Assembly: GCA_036163585.1 (NCBI GenBank)
Contig: JAYZKH010000020.1
Coordinates: forward strand, 1 to 36,662
Direction: 5' to 3'
Length of the DNA stretch: 36,662 nt
Source of the DNA: Fidelibacterota bacterium
GTDB taxonomy: Bacteria; Fidelibacterota; Marinisomatia; Marinisomatales; Marinisomataceae
Below, piece after piece: positions 35,801-36,662 of this stretch. Each line of letters begins with the position of its first letter. Positions within the stretch are counted from its first letter, which is position 1. The notes beneath the pieces were generated by a model that worked only from the letters and a program-made list of their open reading frames with translations, had not been told where the DNA came from and made no database searches. The position numbers and the translations under genes are program-made.

Positions 35801-36009
35801 GAAATAATATTTGATGTTGTATTAAAATCAACTTGATAGCTTACTAATGAAGTATTGGTATTAAAAATCCCAATTGGATAATTAGATATATCATTTAAAC
35901 AAAAATTAATTTTCTTTGATTTGGAAAAAGGATCAGTAATAAGATTATCAGAACCAAACAACAGGGTTGGAACACAGATTAAATAAAGGAATAAAAATAT
36001 TCTATACAT
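29794..36009 (-). CDS. sprA: Type IX secretion system translocon / gliding motility protein SprA (Sov)
   Basis: About 2071 aa from ATG 36009 (MYRIFLFLYLICVPTLLFG|SDN signal peptide). NVQGKIGDQVTISLDQNSERDFDWENTVRIDYQGKEDDILQKLEAGNISLALP...GLFGVKAITQLGPVNVTSIASIERTK matches the conserved SprA N-terminal region as I recall it. The giant beta-rich protein ends in aromatic-rich beta strands. The track ORF start at 36081 is a spurious extension into rdgB. Confidence 0.85.
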   Translation of the reverse strand: MYRIFLFLYLICVPTLLFGSDNLITDPFSKSKKINFCLNDISNYPIGIFNTNTSLVSYQVDFNTTSNIISISESVLSNRNVLPYTSSLDDYFNKLYIINQRYNFSKPFNYSSSDTTQYTPGKGKYVEIADFDIGRLGRASLRVQGNISLQGKLVNQDQELVRSSYKEREQTNFKFDQKQQLNVQGKIGDQVTISLDQNSERDFDWENTVRIDYQGKEDDILQKLEAGNISLALPATEFVTFSGQNKGLFGVKAITQLGPVNVTSIASIERTKKASQKYKGTAQLETKRIQDYEYKKNLYFFIHEWFRNGSTDVIVDNGFQLNVPAYYPLTNGLHNIGNLVVRNFELYKIDASNNPAADPGIAYIDPNDMEYYSDSSKEGAFIRLQRGSDYQINEDLGFIRMQNSLQNEIIGAHFDLADRVTGDIVLTVGLDIGEDENDILILKMIKPQSSHPNHPTWDLMFKNVYYLGAVNIDQSSLDVRIVDNFSTPVSDRSDNGDTFLNLFGLDNRNQAGASTPDEIIDLNNPNIVNIKSGEIHLPSLLPFVSDNNIDGGNTNTNLNSLLQSGKMYTTTNRTEYTGDSRFTIEANYTSPSSAINLGFTLVEGSEEIYFNGEKLERGSDYQIDYFSGMIVLNTNIDPNGDLEIVYDKHDLVTFDRKIMVGSRAQIDFDENSFLGMTALYYNQDIVNRKVEVGFEPIQNFIWDINGRYERDLENLSASLNKSNMFSAEKLSRFKLEGEIAQVLPNPNSISNASTGDKNGVAYIDDFEGSKRITNPSILRRFWHKSSAPLDIENNNQEFDQRNRLKMYWYNPFSQILTNNIWPNVSTSQRAQNLTTDVLVLNFEPYEYQQTSNPDSLWAGITAPMFVGDYDQTRTKFVEIWLRGDSGNLTVDLGKISEDHDGNGILNNEDVPDAGLALGNGFLEDEEDTGLDGCFDLFEDGWGSCLESTGLNYQDYLSSGESVIINASPDVDPNDPNADNWDYIEGSSDYEFVNGTEGNGTGDRIQPGGKYPDSEDLDQSGFLDRTNDYFTKTISLSDTTYIAGSTEVDGVKTGWKLVRIPISHFTQVQDITLSEIRYLRLIVSGINQASTLEIARIELVGNTWESMGTSIVSNNEYTVQDSTFLVTVVNDEDNPDYIPPKGVYGEYDEINQIRSKEQSLVLKFDNLNPDTKGAAKKILSFTGSDKAQSFLIYDQMKMYVYGNSVDIEENQTDVELFIEFGNGQEYYRLSQPVYDGWDEDQNRNSIDLDLDWLTKLKNIDENSLEKINPNDTFVDSTGYKRYSFIDDNNEEYKKVEIIGNPSLSRLQYFIVGVENSSQHPISGELWLDELRLSGVKKERGTAVRLKSEFNLSDLNRSSISYIRKDADFHVLQERLGTNTSTETFIFTNQIELGKFLPQNLGIAFPLNVTYNMQNNTPKFLPGTDIRTSASAPDSVITKSSTISMNGKISKRIKSENPFVRYTIDNLSTTFKASTQNRSDEIMKSVDTDRFTTSVDYNLRFPSDNYIQAFEWLKKIPVVGDNMSKTKFFYTPTSFNSSIKLNQSLVEKQSRSVDEMTDDFNLGLIRSFSVSYKVFDNLQFNYTKNIQSDMAEYRDEVLKALTDFETGDRTNNTESFASNFSPKWISWFSPNFQYNANYSWNKPKSSVFNGANLVSVRNSGFNVSLSPTEIIEIFYTPASKRSTASSEKRTRSREDIGSMSVDMGDDDLAEESDASEEKNSKRKSRNKINDSLRMEKIYGWSKKIEPLSFTINNTTNLSSNGVQGSIPLDYRLGFSDSHGLEYAPEVGLNTGVDDIKKSLSIRSGIKFNSTTSMSLSFSESISSNLNGYGIDIRSINRDYFSYGDHLSNGLPFSNWAFRIGGLEKIKFISPYVKSLSMEHAFNGKQTASWRFNESGISDINLFKISSFIDGNNDEIQFSRITRSFSPLIGITASFKNGISTNVRTNITHTLDEVANGLTYISENSLLASITYNFSKGIRIPLPFTERNVDLKNNINLTLNFDLSKKKEEGSKDKINFAEQNFVNSWKTILRVTYALTDNISGSLFYEYRENDTRLTGRRIDRDFGVNINVAIRG

Positions 36010-36601
36010 TGAATAGTTGATCAATCTTATTTTTAAATTTATCAATTGCAATTCCACGATGACTAATTTTATTCTTAACATCAGAAGATATTTCTGCCAA
36101 AGACATATCTAGTTCTGGAACAAAAAAAATAGGATCATACCCAAAACCAGATTTACCTTGTTTTTCTTCTAGAATATATCCTTCTACATATCCTTCAACA
36201 AAAAAATCATTCATACCACCATCAACATAAGTTACTACAGTTTTAAACCGAGCTGTTCTTTCTTCAAAAGGAACTCCATCCATAGCATTTAAAAGTTTAT
36301 TCATATTATCATCATAGGTTACATTTTCTCCTGCATATCGTGCAGTAAAAAGCCCAGGATCTCCATTTAAAAAATCCACCTCTAAAGCTGTATCATCAGC
36401 AAGAGAAGGAATATTGGTATAATCAAATGCAACCCTTGATTTTATAAACGAATTTTCAATGATTGAGGTTCCATCTTCTTTTATATCTCCAATTTCAGAA
36501 AAATCTGCTAAAGAATATATTTTATGAAAATGTGGATGAATCTTTTGAGTAATTTCTGAAACTTTATGTTTATTAGAAGATGCTATGACAATTTCTTTCA
36601 C
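36002..36601 (-). CDS. rdgB: Non-canonical purine NTP (dITP/XTP) pyrophosphatase, RdgB/HAM1 family
   Basis: 199 aa with a GTG start. Contains IVIASSNKHKVSEI, ADDTALEVDFLNGDPGLFTARY, GFGYDPIFF and SHRG. The stop overlaps the sprA start region by 8 nt. Confidence 0.85.
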   Translation of the reverse strand: MKEIVIASSNKHKVSEITQKIHPHFHKIYSLADFSEIGDIKEDGTSIIENSFIKSRVAFDYTNIPSLADDTALEVDFLNGDPGLFTARYAGENVTYDDNMNKLLNAMDGVPFEERTARFKTVVTYVDGGMNDFFVEGYVEGYILEEKQGKSGFGYDPIFFVPELDMSLAEISSDVKNKISHRGIAIDKFKNKIDQLFNV

Positions 36602-36662
36602 TTCTGAAACTAATAAATATTTATGTGTTTTTTAAATAACTTATAATTTGTATTTTTTGAAA

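Noticed and set aside
36010-36081. 24-codon N-terminal extension of the sprA ORF (MLRIKLVIVELQLINLKIRLINYS...)
   Set aside because: It lies inside the rdgB coding region. The internal ATG 36009 gives a textbook signal peptide, and the extension does not.
1-36662. Alternative genetic code (TGA as Trp, as in some AT-rich lineages)
   Set aside because: TGA terminates conserved genes at the expected C-termini (fumC at 1964-1966, the LbH gene at 16210-12, the 175-aa gene at 16962-64). No conserved gene needs read-through, so the standard bacterial code fits.
1-36662. CRISPR arrays, tRNA/rRNA genes, transposases, integrases, prophage or defence-island genes
   Set aside because: The window totals only about 0.8 kb of non-coding DNA, in short AT-rich gaps without direct repeats or cloverleaf-like sequence. 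Every long ORF has a housekeeping or envelope assignment, or is a small orphan. There are no nuclease/ATPase/methylase combinations typical of defence systems.

Overview
This is a 36.7-kb, visibly very AT-rich (about 30% G+C by eye, not computed) and very gene-dense stretch of bacterial chromosome. It uses the standard code, since TGA, TAA and TAG all act as stops at the ends of conserved genes. I support 33 CDS. One of them, a class A PBP at 1..1967, is open at the window edge and is missing from the ORF track.

I saw no rRNA, tRNA, CRISPR array, transposase, integrase or phage genes. Most of the content is core metabolism:
- korA-korB-fumC-ponA (minus strand)
- sufBCD-sufE-sufT-sufS (plus strand)
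- etfB-etfA plus a fused membrane Fe-S oxidoreductase
- a catalytic-domain-only methylmalonyl-CoA mutase
- a minimal BirA, gcdH, cysQ and rng
- rplU-rpmA-mdh

The 3' third is one gap-free minus-strand string: rdgB, sprA (the type IX secretion translocon, about 2071 aa), a glutaminyl-cyclase-like lipoprotein, an EEP-family lipoprotein, a secreted RMDN/FAM82-like TPR protein, and queG. SprA places the organism in the FCB superphylum (a streamlined Bacteroidota- or Marinimicrobia-like marine lineage); this is inference only.

I found no convincing defence, toxin or mobile system. The most system-like under-described candidate is the sprA-linked cluster: the cyclase is coupled to the translocon gene, it is followed by an EEP lipoprotein and RMDN-like TPR pair, and two secreted proteins in the window have Gln at +1. 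Secondary oddities:
- a BirA lacking its C-terminal domain, with Thr at the R118-equivalent position
- a hexapeptide-repeat protein that appears to have lost its nucleotidyltransferase domain
- a possible ATT start codon
- convergent genes that overlap and leave no room for terminators

All homology statements come from reading motifs and from memory of protein families. None has been checked against a database.
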